NCBI GenBank assembly: GCA_963722305.1
Contig: CAVRKE010000002.1
Span: 315,878-379,877, forward strand
DNA length: 64,000 nucleotides
Source of the DNA: Candidatus Levyibacteriota bacterium
Lineage (GTDB): Bacteria > Patescibacteriota > Microgenomatia > Levybacterales > UBA12049
Direction: 5' to 3'
Shown one piece after another: positions 8,668 to 17,279 of the stretch. Both the position numbers and the translations under genes were made by a program. Below the pieces are notes generated by a model, which searched no databases, had not been told where the DNA came from, and saw nothing but the letters and a program-made list of their open reading frames with translations. Position 1 is the stretch's first letter. The number at the start of each line of letters is the position of its first letter.

Positions 8668-9953
8668 AAATCGCAGTTATCGGAGCCGGTTTTACCGGTC
8701 TCTCCGCCGCCTATGAATTGACTAAGCAAAAGCACAACGTCACTGTCTTTGAAAAGGATGCAATCCCGGGTGGCCTGGCTATCGGCTATTGGGAAAAAGG
8801 CTGGGACTGGTCTTTAGAAAAACATTATCACCATTGGTTCACAAACGATAAGAGCATTCTTACCCTTGCTCAGGAAATAAAACATGAGGTGGTTATAAAA
8901 AGGCCAAAAACATCGGTTTTTGTCAATGGCCAGATTTATCAACTTGATTCACCACTTTATGTTTTAAAATTTCCCCTGCTTTCACTTTTAGAAAGGCTAA
9001 GGATGGGGATGGCAATTGCAATGATGAAGTACAACCCCTTTTGGCAACCGCTTGAAAAATATAATGCCACTTTTACTCTTCCTAAGCTGATGGGCAGAAA
9101 AGCTTACAACCTGATTTGGGAAGCATTATTTATGAATAAATTCGGGAAGTTTGCCGACAATATTTCTCTGGCTTGGTTTTGGGCAAGAATTAGAAAGAGA
9201 ACTCCTTCCCTTGCTTATCCAAAAGGCGGATTTCTTGAGTTTGCCAAAGCCTTGACCAAACAAATTAAAAAAAACGGAGGCAAATTTTATTTCGGTACTG
9301 AAGTTCTGGGACTCTCCTTTACTACTAAACCCGAATTGAAAATTAGAGACATTAATAATTTAAAATTGAAAATTGAAAATTTTGATGCCGTAATTGTTAC
9401 TCTTCCGTCCTATGTATTTCTAAAAATTGCCCCACCATTACCAAAAGAATACACGGAAAAACTACAACAATTAAAACACTTAGGAGCAACCAGTTTAGTG
9501 TTAAGACTAAATAGACCTTTTTTTAAGGACAACACTTATTGGCTAAATGTTTGCGACAAAACTTCACCGGTGATGGCAATCGTTGAACACACCAACTACA
9601 TGGACAAAAGATTTTATAATAATGAGCATTTACTTTATCTGGGAAATTATAAGTCGGCGGATGACAAATATTTTTCGCTGAATAAAGACGAAATATTACA
9701 GTTATTTAAACCTTATTTAAGAAAAATAAATCCCGATTATGCCGAAAACATTATTGGCTATCAGTTTTTTAAAGACCCTTTTGCCCAACCGGTAATTCCC
9801 ATCAATTACTCCAAATTAATTCCGCCTTTTGCAACGCCGCTTAAAAATGTATACCTTGCAAACATTGAACAAGTTTATCCTTGGGACAGAGGCACTAACT
9901 ATGCGGTTGAGCTTGGCCAAAGAATCGTAGAAGAAGTTTTGAAAAATGCTTAA
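8664..9953 (+). CDS. FAD/NAD(P)-binding oxidoreductase (amine-oxidase / UDP-galactopyranose-mutase-like Rossmann)
   Basis: N-terminal MKIAVIGAGFTGLSAAYEL ... GGLA (GxGxxG plus downstream GG motif). The precise family cannot be fixed without a search. Confidence 0.65.
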   Translation: MKIAVIGAGFTGLSAAYELTKQKHNVTVFEKDAIPGGLAIGYWEKGWDWSLEKHYHHWFTNDKSILTLAQEIKHEVVIKRPKTSVFVNGQIYQLDSPLYVLKFPLLSLLERLRMGMAIAMMKYNPFWQPLEKYNATFTLPKLMGRKAYNLIWEALFMNKFGKFADNISLAWFWARIRKRTPSLAYPKGGFLEFAKALTKQIKKNGGKFYFGTEVLGLSFTTKPELKIRDINNLKLKIENFDAVIVTLPSYVFLKIAPPLPKEYTEKLQQLKHLGATSLVLRLNRPFFKDNTYWLNVCDKTSPVMAIVEHTNYMDKRFYNNEHLLYLGNYKSADDKYFSLNKDEILQLFKPYLRKINPDYAENIIGYQFFKDPFAQPVIPINYSKLIPPFATPLKNVYLANIEQVYPWDRGTNYAVELGQRIVEEVLKNA

Positions 9954-11601
9954 AAGAATAATTCTGAACAAAAAATTCCGCACTATTTTTCTTATTTTTT
10001 TATTAATCTTAATCGGAGGGTTTTTCCGATTTTATAATCTCAACTGGGACCAGGGAAATTATTTTCATCCCGACGAAAGGAATATTGCCAATGCCGTTTT
10101 AAGAATTAATTTTTTCTCCCAGCTTGATCCGCAATTTTTTGCCTATGGTGGTTTTACAATTTATCTCTATCGGTTGGCTGCAGATCTAGTTTTCTTAGCC
10201 ACAAAGGATACCTCATGGATAACCAATTGGGGAAATATAAATGTCATCGGAAGGTTTTTTTCCGCAGTTTTCTCAACAATTACAATTATTCCCTTGTATT
10301 TTTTGGCTAAAAAAATTTTCGCTAAAAAAACTGCCCTTTTAACAATTATTCTTTATACATTTACGGTCACTTCTATCCAAACGGCCCATTTCGGGGTAAC
10401 CGAAAGCTTAATAACTTTAATTGGCGTTTTAACTTGTTTGTTGTCCATAATCACATTGCGAAAAATAAGTTTCTTGGCCTCTTTGACGCTTGGGATAATA
10501 ACCGGAATAGGCATTGCCTCAAAAACTTCTGCCATAGCTTTTATAATTATGCCAATCCTTGCCTATCTTCTCGCCGAAAAAATATCAATAAAAACTTTTG
10601 GGAAGAAAATTATTCATCTCGTATTATTTCTAATGGTATCGTTTATTGTTTTTACGATATTTTCACCCTATACCTTCATTGACTGGAATAAATTTATCGA
10701 ATCAATGCGCTATGAATCGGGAGTTGCAACCGGTTCCTTACCGGTTGTCTACACTCTACAGTTTGACCATACTCTTCCTTACCTTTTCCAAATAAAAAAT
10801 TTCTTTTGGCAGATTGGGGTTGACGCATTATTTTGCCTACTTGGTTTTATTTTGCTGTTATTTGAAATGATAAAAAGGAGAAATAAAGAATTACTGGTTT
10901 TTTGTATATTCCCGTTACTTTATTTTTTATACGTTGGCTCATGGCATACCAAGTTCATCAGATATATGGTTCCCCTAATCCCTTTTTTGCTTATTGCTTC
11001 AAGCTTTTTTTTAGTAAAAATCAAATCGAAATTCAAATTATTGGGGAATGGTCTGATTGTGATTACTGTCCTGAGTACAATCGTTTGGGCGATTGCCTTT
11101 TTCTCAATTTACACAAAACCGCAAACCAGAATTACCGCATCACAGTGGATATATTTAGACATTCCCTATGGTTCAAGAATTCTCAATGAACAGTGGGATG
11201 ACGGTTTGCCAATCCCGCTGGGACAATTTAGTCCTTCACAATATTTGATAACTTCTCTGGCTATGTACGACCCGGATAATCAGGCAAAAGTAAATTATCT
11301 TTCGGCAAATCTTAGTAGTGCCGATTACCTCGTTTTTAACAGTCGACGACTTTATGGAACCTTAATTCATCTCACCGATAAATATCCCATTACCAGTAAG
11401 TACTATAGACTGCTTTTTACCGGCAAACTTGGGTATACAAAAGTAGCCCAGTTTACTTCTTATCCGTCTATTTTAGGCTTGACTATTAATGATGATGCCA
11501 GTGAAGAAACTTTCCAAGTTTACGACCATCCCAAAGTAATAATATTTAAAAATGAAAAGAAATTATCCGAACAAGCCTTGGCCAAGATAATTGGAGACTA
11601 A
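9946..11601 (+). CDS. GT-C fold membrane glycosyltransferase, ArnT/PMT (GT39/GT83)-like
   Basis: About 12 TM helices with an HPDE motif in the first extracytoplasmic loop (NYFHPDERNIANAV), as in polyprenyl-phosphate-sugar dependent GT-C enzymes. Confidence 0.65.
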   Translation: MLKRIILNKKFRTIFLIFLLILIGGFFRFYNLNWDQGNYFHPDERNIANAVLRINFFSQLDPQFFAYGGFTIYLYRLAADLVFLATKDTSWITNWGNINVIGRFFSAVFSTITIIPLYFLAKKIFAKKTALLTIILYTFTVTSIQTAHFGVTESLITLIGVLTCLLSIITLRKISFLASLTLGIITGIGIASKTSAIAFIIMPILAYLLAEKISIKTFGKKIIHLVLFLMVSFIVFTIFSPYTFIDWNKFIESMRYESGVATGSLPVVYTLQFDHTLPYLFQIKNFFWQIGVDALFCLLGFILLLFEMIKRRNKELLVFCIFPLLYFLYVGSWHTKFIRYMVPLIPFLLIASSFFLVKIKSKFKLLGNGLIVITVLSTIVWAIAFFSIYTKPQTRITASQWIYLDIPYGSRILNEQWDDGLPIPLGQFSPSQYLITSLAMYDPDNQAKVNYLSANLSSADYLVFNSRRLYGTLIHLTDKYPITSKYYRLLFTGKLGYTKVAQFTSYPSILGLTINDDASEETFQVYDHPKVIIFKNEKKLSEQALAKIIGD

Positions 11602-11603
11602 TT

Positions 11604-13181
11604 TTGAAAAATCATATTCTCTTTCAAAAATTAAAGATAAATTTATCTTTAATGCTATTTTTTGCAATCCTCATAATTGGTTTTTCTATACGCATATATA
11701 ACTTATCAAATATTCCGGCAGGCTTTTTTGCGGACGAAGCATCCGTTGGCTACAATGCTTACACGATTTTGACTAAAGGCACCGACCAATACGGAGTCTC
11801 TTTCCCCATATTTTTCAAAGCATTTGGAGAGTACAAAAACCCGGTTCAGATATACAGCAGCGTTCCCATAATCGCTATTTTGGGCCTTAATGAATTGTCT
11901 ACACGTTTAACATCGGTTATCTACGGTCTACTGGCCATAGTTGCAATATCTTTATTAAGCAAAGAGCTGTTTGGAAAGCAAAAGAAGCATTTGATTGCGC
12001 TTTTGTCCGCATTGTTTCTGGCAATTTCCCCCTGGGCAATTCACTTTAGCCGAGTCTCGCTTGAAGGGCTAATGCCTTTTGTATTTTTTACTACACTGGG
12101 GCTTTATCTATTTTTGAAAGCTCTAAAAATTCCCAAACTTCTTCCTTTCTCGATAATCTCCTTTACGTTAGGCTTGTACAGTTATTTTCCCGCCAGAATT
12201 TTTATCCCCTTATTTGGTATCGGGTTATTGCTTATCTATTTTCGTTTCTTTATCCAACATAAAAAAGAGACTATTATAACTGGCGTTTTATTATTATTCC
12301 TTTTGCTACCTTTTATTCTCAACTTTTTTTCATCCGCAGATTTTGCCCGCTGGGAACAGGTAAACATATTCTCAAACCCTCCTAAAAATGAAACTGTATT
12401 GCAACATATCGCTGCAAATTATTGGGGAAATTTTTCTGCCGACTTTCTCTTCCTTAAAGGCGACAGCGGCATGCCCGGAGAATTTATCACTAGACATTCT
12501 GTGCAAGGCATGGGAGAATTATATCTTTTTCAATTGCCTTTAATTATTTTCGGTTTATTTTATCTCTTAAAGAGAAACAAAAAGTTTTTTTTAGTTATTC
12601 TGCTTTGGTTAATCTTATACCCGACCGGCAGTATGTTTACGGCCGACGGCCCGCAAGCGACAAGAACAATTATTGGGGTTGTGCCTTTCCAGATTCTTGC
12701 GGCAGCAGGAGCAGTATATTTACTCAACTTCATTTCTAAGCAAAAAAAGCTTATCTATTCAGCTATTGTTTTAACCTCAATCATTGTGATTATTATTTCT
12801 GTTATTAATTATTTATCGTTATACTTTATTTATTATCCAAGCTATTCTTCCGATTTTTGGGGGTGGCAATATGGTGCAAAAGAGATTGTAAATTATTTTT
12901 CGCTACATCAGTCAGATTACGATAATTTGATTATGGCTCCCCAGTTTAACTCTCCCGAAATATTTTTTAGCTTTTATTCCCCCAATGACTGCCGTAAATG
13001 CTTAGTTGGGTTACCTGAGGATAAGTATGATCCGGATTTGAAACAATTGTTTGCCCTAACACCCGAGGATCTTACCAGCTACTTAAAACTACATGGTAAT
13101 TTAGGGTTTGAAGATTATAAAAATATCACTTATCCAAACGGCACTCTTGCTTTTGAGCTGGGAGAAGTGATAAAAAAGTAA
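11604..13181 (+). CDS. GT-C fold membrane glycosyltransferase, ArnT/PMT-like (second copy)
   Basis: Polytopic membrane protein with an ADE motif in loop 1 (GFFADEASVGYNAYTIL) and a C-terminal soluble domain. Confidence 0.65.
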   Translation: MKNHILFQKLKINLSLMLFFAILIIGFSIRIYNLSNIPAGFFADEASVGYNAYTILTKGTDQYGVSFPIFFKAFGEYKNPVQIYSSVPIIAILGLNELSTRLTSVIYGLLAIVAISLLSKELFGKQKKHLIALLSALFLAISPWAIHFSRVSLEGLMPFVFFTTLGLYLFLKALKIPKLLPFSIISFTLGLYSYFPARIFIPLFGIGLLLIYFRFFIQHKKETIITGVLLLFLLLPFILNFFSSADFARWEQVNIFSNPPKNETVLQHIAANYWGNFSADFLFLKGDSGMPGEFITRHSVQGMGELYLFQLPLIIFGLFYLLKRNKKFFLVILLWLILYPTGSMFTADGPQATRTIIGVVPFQILAAAGAVYLLNFISKQKKLIYSAIVLTSIIVIIISVINYLSLYFIYYPSYSSDFWGWQYGAKEIVNYFSLHQSDYDNLIMAPQFNSPEIFFSFYSPNDCRKCLVGLPEDKYDPDLKQLFALTPEDLTSYLKLHGNLGFEDYKNITYPNGTLAFELGEVIKK

Positions 13182-13182
13182 T

Positions 13183-15438
13183 ATGAATTTAGCGGATATT
13201 GTCTATATTCTGCAATGGTTCCTGGCTTTTTTTGCAATTGGCATTGCTTTTCTTCCGCTGACGTTTTCCATTTTTAATGGTTTTAAAGACAAAGGTTATA
13301 TTTTTTCAAAAATTATCGGGGTGGGGATTCTAACTTATTTTGTTTTTCTGCTTGGCACTTTAAGAATTGCTAAATTTTCTACCACTACTGTCTATCTTTC
13401 ACTGTTTCTTCTGTTTTTGCTTAATTATGCAATTTTTATCTATAAAAAACAGCACCTGTTAACTTTTATTCGCGGTAAAATACAAATTTTTGTGGCAGAA
13501 GAATTGGTCTTTTTAGTCACCCTCATTTTTTGGTCATTTATCAGAAGCAATATGCCGGATATTCATGGCCTGGAAAAATTTATGGACTTTGGCTTCTTGA
13601 ACTCAATCTTAAGAAGCGATTATTTTCCGACAAAAGACATGTGGTATACACCCCTTTCCATCAATTATTATTATTTTGGCCATCTAATTACTGCCGTTTT
13701 GACCAAACTGACAGCAATTCCTTCTTTTATCAGCTACAACTTGATGCTGGCGGCTTTATTCGCTTTCACCTTTACCCAGTCTCTATCCATCGGCATGAAC
13801 CTTTTCGATAAAGCCAGATTTTCCATAAAATCTATTCTGGCCGGGCTTATCTCCGGAATTCTTGTCTCCCTGGGGGGGAATTTAACTACAATTTATGCTT
13901 TTTTTGCCCCGTATATTCCCGCCGATAAAGCGGTTCCTTTTTGGCAACTGCCGTTTTTACCTTTTAGTTTCCCCAATAGCTATTGGTATCCAAACGCCAC
14001 CCGTTTTATTCCTTTTACCATTCATGAATTCCCGATTTATTCTTTTGTTGTTTCGGATTTACACGGTCATGTTTTAGACATCCCCTTTGTATTACTGACA
14101 ATTGCCCTGCTGTTTTTAGTGATATCAAAGGCTGAAGCCCTAAACTCAAAACGAGCTCATAAAGCTACGCCCAAAAATTCAAAATTGTTTAAAATCTTAA
14201 ACTTTATGAACAGGGATTTATTTAAAAATTGCCCCTCGATCCTGAGCTCGGGCTCGAAGGATAAATCCGAAATTGGAATTCTAATCTTAATGAGTTTTTT
14301 ATTGGCAATTATGTACATGACCAACGCCTGGGACGGATTAATCTATCTTTTATTGGCAATGCTAATTTTGGCTGCACTGAATTTTTACAAAGTGGGCAGA
14401 AAGTGGATTTTATCCGGCAAATATTTATTTGAGATTTTACAAAAATACTTAATCCTCTTCTTAGGTTTTTTTATCTTCGCTCTTCCTTTTAATTTAAACT
14501 TTAAACCTTTTGTCTCGGGCGTCGGCGTAATTTGTGCTCCAAAATTTTTGACTAACATCGGTAAAATCGGCCCATTTCTTTTCGAAGCGAATCATTGCCA
14601 AAGGTCTCCTTTATGGCAACTTATAATGCTTTATGGGTTCTTCTATTTTTTCGTTATCTCGTTTTTAGTCTTTTTAAAATTTAAGCGGAAATATAAATTT
14701 ACAGTTAGCGACCTTTTCGTTTTGGTTTTAATAATTTTGTCAACGATTTTAATCATCGTACCCGAATTTATTTACGTTAAAGATATTTATCCGACCTATT
14801 ACCGGGCAAACACCATGTTTAAACTGGTTTACGAAGCCTTCATCATGCTATCTTTATCTTCCGGCTACATCTTGATAAAATTAATTTCCTCAATTAAGAG
14901 AAAAAAACTGTTGATTCCCTTTGGCGTGATAACGGCAATTTTGCTTTCTTTAGTTTTGGTTTATCCTGTTTTTGCGATTAATGGTTACTATGGAAATTTA
15001 AAAACATATCATGGTTTAAATGGGATAACTTATTTGACAAAAAGCTATCCGGGTGATTACAACTTAATTAACTGGTTAAACAAATATATTCAGGGCCAAT
15101 CGGTAATTCTTGAGGCAAACGGAGATTCTTATACGGATTACGCCAGAATCTCCGCCAATACCGGGCTGCCGACGGTTATCGGTTGGCCGGTCCACGAATG
15201 GCTTTGGCGCGGAACTTACAATATTGTTGCCCCAAGAATTGCCGACGTCCAAACTTTATACACGACAAACGACCTTATTCTTGCAAACAATTTAATTAAA
15301 ACATACAACATCTCTTATGTCGTTGTCTCCGATCTTGAAAGGCAAAAATATCCGGCACTAAATGAATTAACTTTTATAAAACTGGGGAGGTTAATCTACC
15401 AAAATGGCAACACCAGGCTGTATAAAATTAACCGCTAA
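13183..15438 (+). CDS. Large polytopic membrane protein (751 aa), GT-C-like/DUF2298-like with a C-terminal extracytoplasmic domain
   Basis: ORF track: more than 15 predicted TM helices. Co-linear with two GT-C genes. Family assignment is tentative. Confidence 0.5.
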   Translation: MNLADIVYILQWFLAFFAIGIAFLPLTFSIFNGFKDKGYIFSKIIGVGILTYFVFLLGTLRIAKFSTTTVYLSLFLLFLLNYAIFIYKKQHLLTFIRGKIQIFVAEELVFLVTLIFWSFIRSNMPDIHGLEKFMDFGFLNSILRSDYFPTKDMWYTPLSINYYYFGHLITAVLTKLTAIPSFISYNLMLAALFAFTFTQSLSIGMNLFDKARFSIKSILAGLISGILVSLGGNLTTIYAFFAPYIPADKAVPFWQLPFLPFSFPNSYWYPNATRFIPFTIHEFPIYSFVVSDLHGHVLDIPFVLLTIALLFLVISKAEALNSKRAHKATPKNSKLFKILNFMNRDLFKNCPSILSSGSKDKSEIGILILMSFLLAIMYMTNAWDGLIYLLLAMLILAALNFYKVGRKWILSGKYLFEILQKYLILFLGFFIFALPFNLNFKPFVSGVGVICAPKFLTNIGKIGPFLFEANHCQRSPLWQLIMLYGFFYFFVISFLVFLKFKRKYKFTVSDLFVLVLIILSTILIIVPEFIYVKDIYPTYYRANTMFKLVYEAFIMLSLSSGYILIKLISSIKRKKLLIPFGVITAILLSLVLVYPVFAINGYYGNLKTYHGLNGITYLTKSYPGDYNLINWLNKYIQGQSVILEANGDSYTDYARISANTGLPTVIGWPVHEWLWRGTYNIVAPRIADVQTLYTTNDLILANNLIKTYNISYVVVSDLERQKYPALNELTFIKLGRLIYQNGNTRLYKINR

Positions 15439-16556
15439 GGCGCAGGCGTTGGTGTTGGAGAAACAGAACAATTCCCTTTGCTAATTTCGCAGGCGATGTA
15501 TTGTTGAATTTCCGAAAAATTCCCGTTACCGGTTCTGGGAATTAACGTCCAGGCATAATCATAATCACTGGTAAGCGGTGGGTTTAGCAAAAGACCCGGG
15601 CGCCCGGTTGTATCGTCCCCCTGATCAATAACCACGCTTTGGATCTTTGCATTGCGCATCTTTTCTGCCAGCCTGACAAAATCATCAAATTCACTTTGTT
15701 GAATATCCGTATCGATACTGCCCTGTAAAACCGTATAAAGGCTGATTATTTTCGCCGGGTTGATTAAAGTTTGGGCAGACAGCACTTTGTTTTTAAAAGC
15801 AGTGATTACTTTTTCCTGTCTCTTGCTTCTGGCAAAATCGCTGGCCTCAATTGGCTGGGACGCATGTCTTGAGCGGACAAATTCTAAAGCTGTTTCCCCA
15901 TCCATGTGTTGCAGACCTTTGTCAAAATGGATGTGTTTATACCGACAGGGGAAATCCGTAATCGCCTGGTCGGCCGAATCGCTGGCCATTGCTTGAAGTT
16001 CTGCTTGTGTATGTCCACAGGTATCGTCCTCTTTTCCGTCAATCGGGTACTGGTAATCGTCAAAAGTGTTATCAACATTAATATCTAAACCGCCGATAAT
16101 ATCGACGGCTTTAACAAAACCCGAAAAATCAATTCTGACCCCGTAATCAATATTTTGTCCGCTAATTTCCTTCATTACCGCTTCCGCTTCAATTAAACCT
16201 CCGCCTTTTCTGACCGATTCTCCGTCGGCGTATGCGTCATTGACTTTTTTAACGCTGCCTGTTAAGTCGGGAACCCAGAGATCTCTGGGGATAGAAACTA
16301 ATGTCACCTTATTATTTTTAGGGTCGAGGCTAGCAAAAATAATTGTGTCTGTTAAGTTTGGCCCATCATGACTTCCACCGCCGATACCAAGAATTAAAAG
16401 ATTTATACGATTATCGGTTGTCTGCTTTAAATCGATACCCCGATTAAAAACCAGCTGGAACAAAAACGGATAAAAACTGGCGGTTTTGGCCACAAAAATT
16501 ACTACCAAAACAACCACAAAAACCCCCAAGATAGCTAAAGCTTTCTTTTTAAGCAT
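15435..16556 (-). CDS. LytR-CpsA-Psr (LCP) family cell-wall glycopolymer phosphotransferase
   Basis: N-terminal TM, then NLLILGIGGGSHDGPNLTDTIIFASLDPKNNKVTLVSIPRDLWV, the canonical LCP core. Start placed at the internal Met (16556) to avoid a 41-nt overlap with tpiA; the ORF track gives 16589. Confidence 0.8.
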   Translation of the reverse strand: MLKKKALAILGVFVVVLVVIFVAKTASFYPFLFQLVFNRGIDLKQTTDNRINLLILGIGGGSHDGPNLTDTIIFASLDPKNNKVTLVSIPRDLWVPDLTGSVKKVNDAYADGESVRKGGGLIEAEAVMKEISGQNIDYGVRIDFSGFVKAVDIIGGLDINVDNTFDDYQYPIDGKEDDTCGHTQAELQAMASDSADQAITDFPCRYKHIHFDKGLQHMDGETALEFVRSRHASQPIEASDFARSKRQEKVITAFKNKVLSAQTLINPAKIISLYTVLQGSIDTDIQQSEFDDFVRLAEKMRNAKIQSVVIDQGDDTTGRPGLLLNPPLTSDYDYAWTLIPRTGNGNFSEIQQYIACEISKGNCSVSPTPTPAP

Positions 16557-17217
16557 TTTCGACAATTTTGAGAAATTCCTCCGCGTCAAGGCTCGCTCCT
16601 CCTACCAACACACCGTTAATGTTTGGTTTTTCGGTAAAACTTCTGACGTTTGTGGATTTAACGCTCCCGCCGTAGAGGACTTGAAGATCGCTTCTATTTA
16701 TCTTGATTGCTTGGGCGACAGTATCCGCGCTTTCCGGCGTATCGGGATTACCCGTGCCAATGGCAAAGACCGGTTCATAGGCCACAATTCTTACACCCTG
16801 AGGGATCGGCGTTTCTTTCCCCTGCACTAGAAAAATTGGAATAAGTCCGTATTTCAATGCCAGTTGCACTTTATTTGACAGCATATCTTCTGTTTCGCTA
16901 AAGTTTTTTCTTCTTTCCGAATGACCAACCAAAACAAACTTTGCAAAATCCTTAATTTGTTTTGCGTTTACTTCCCCTGTAAAAGCTCCTTCGTCAAAAG
17001 GCGAAACGTTTTGAGCACCGATGGCAGCATTAACATTATTAGAAGAAAAATATGAGAAAAAGCTGAAAAGTTGGGTAAAAGCAGGACAAACAATCACCTC
17101 TTTTTGCTCTGGGATAAGCCGTAGATCGTTTATTTTTTTAAAACTTTCTAACCAGTTTTTAGCCTCGTTTTCGTTCTTGTAAGACTTTAAATTCGCGACT
17201 ATAAAAAGCTTGTGCAT
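16549..17217 (-). CDS. tpiA: Triosephosphate isomerase
   Basis: VLVGHSERR active-site motif and a (GGA)SL motif near the C-terminus. 222 aa, a short TIM. Confidence 0.85.
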   Translation of the reverse strand: MHKLFIVANLKSYKNENEAKNWLESFKKINDLRLIPEQKEVIVCPAFTQLFSFFSYFSSNNVNAAIGAQNVSPFDEGAFTGEVNAKQIKDFAKFVLVGHSERRKNFSETEDMLSNKVQLALKYGLIPIFLVQGKETPIPQGVRIVAYEPVFAIGTGNPDTPESADTVAQAIKINRSDLQVLYGGSVKSTNVRSFTEKPNINGVLVGGASLDAEEFLKIVENA

Positions 17218-17223
17218 GCTTTA

Positions 17224-17262
17224 AGTCATGTCTGACGTGTACCTTGAGTCACGTCTGACGTG
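17224..17262. promoter_or_regulatory. Two operator-like sites (agtcaYGTCtGACGTG): imperfect CATGTC-t-GACGTG and near-perfect palindrome CACGTC-t-GACGTG, 23 bp apart in the tpiA/uvrD divergent intergenic region
   Basis: Seen in sequence at 17225-17239 and 17248-17262. A TATTAT box follows at 17267-17272, 7 nt before the uvrD ATG, which would make the mRNA leaderless. Confidence 0.45.
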
Positions 17263-17279
17263 ATGGTATTATTATACGT

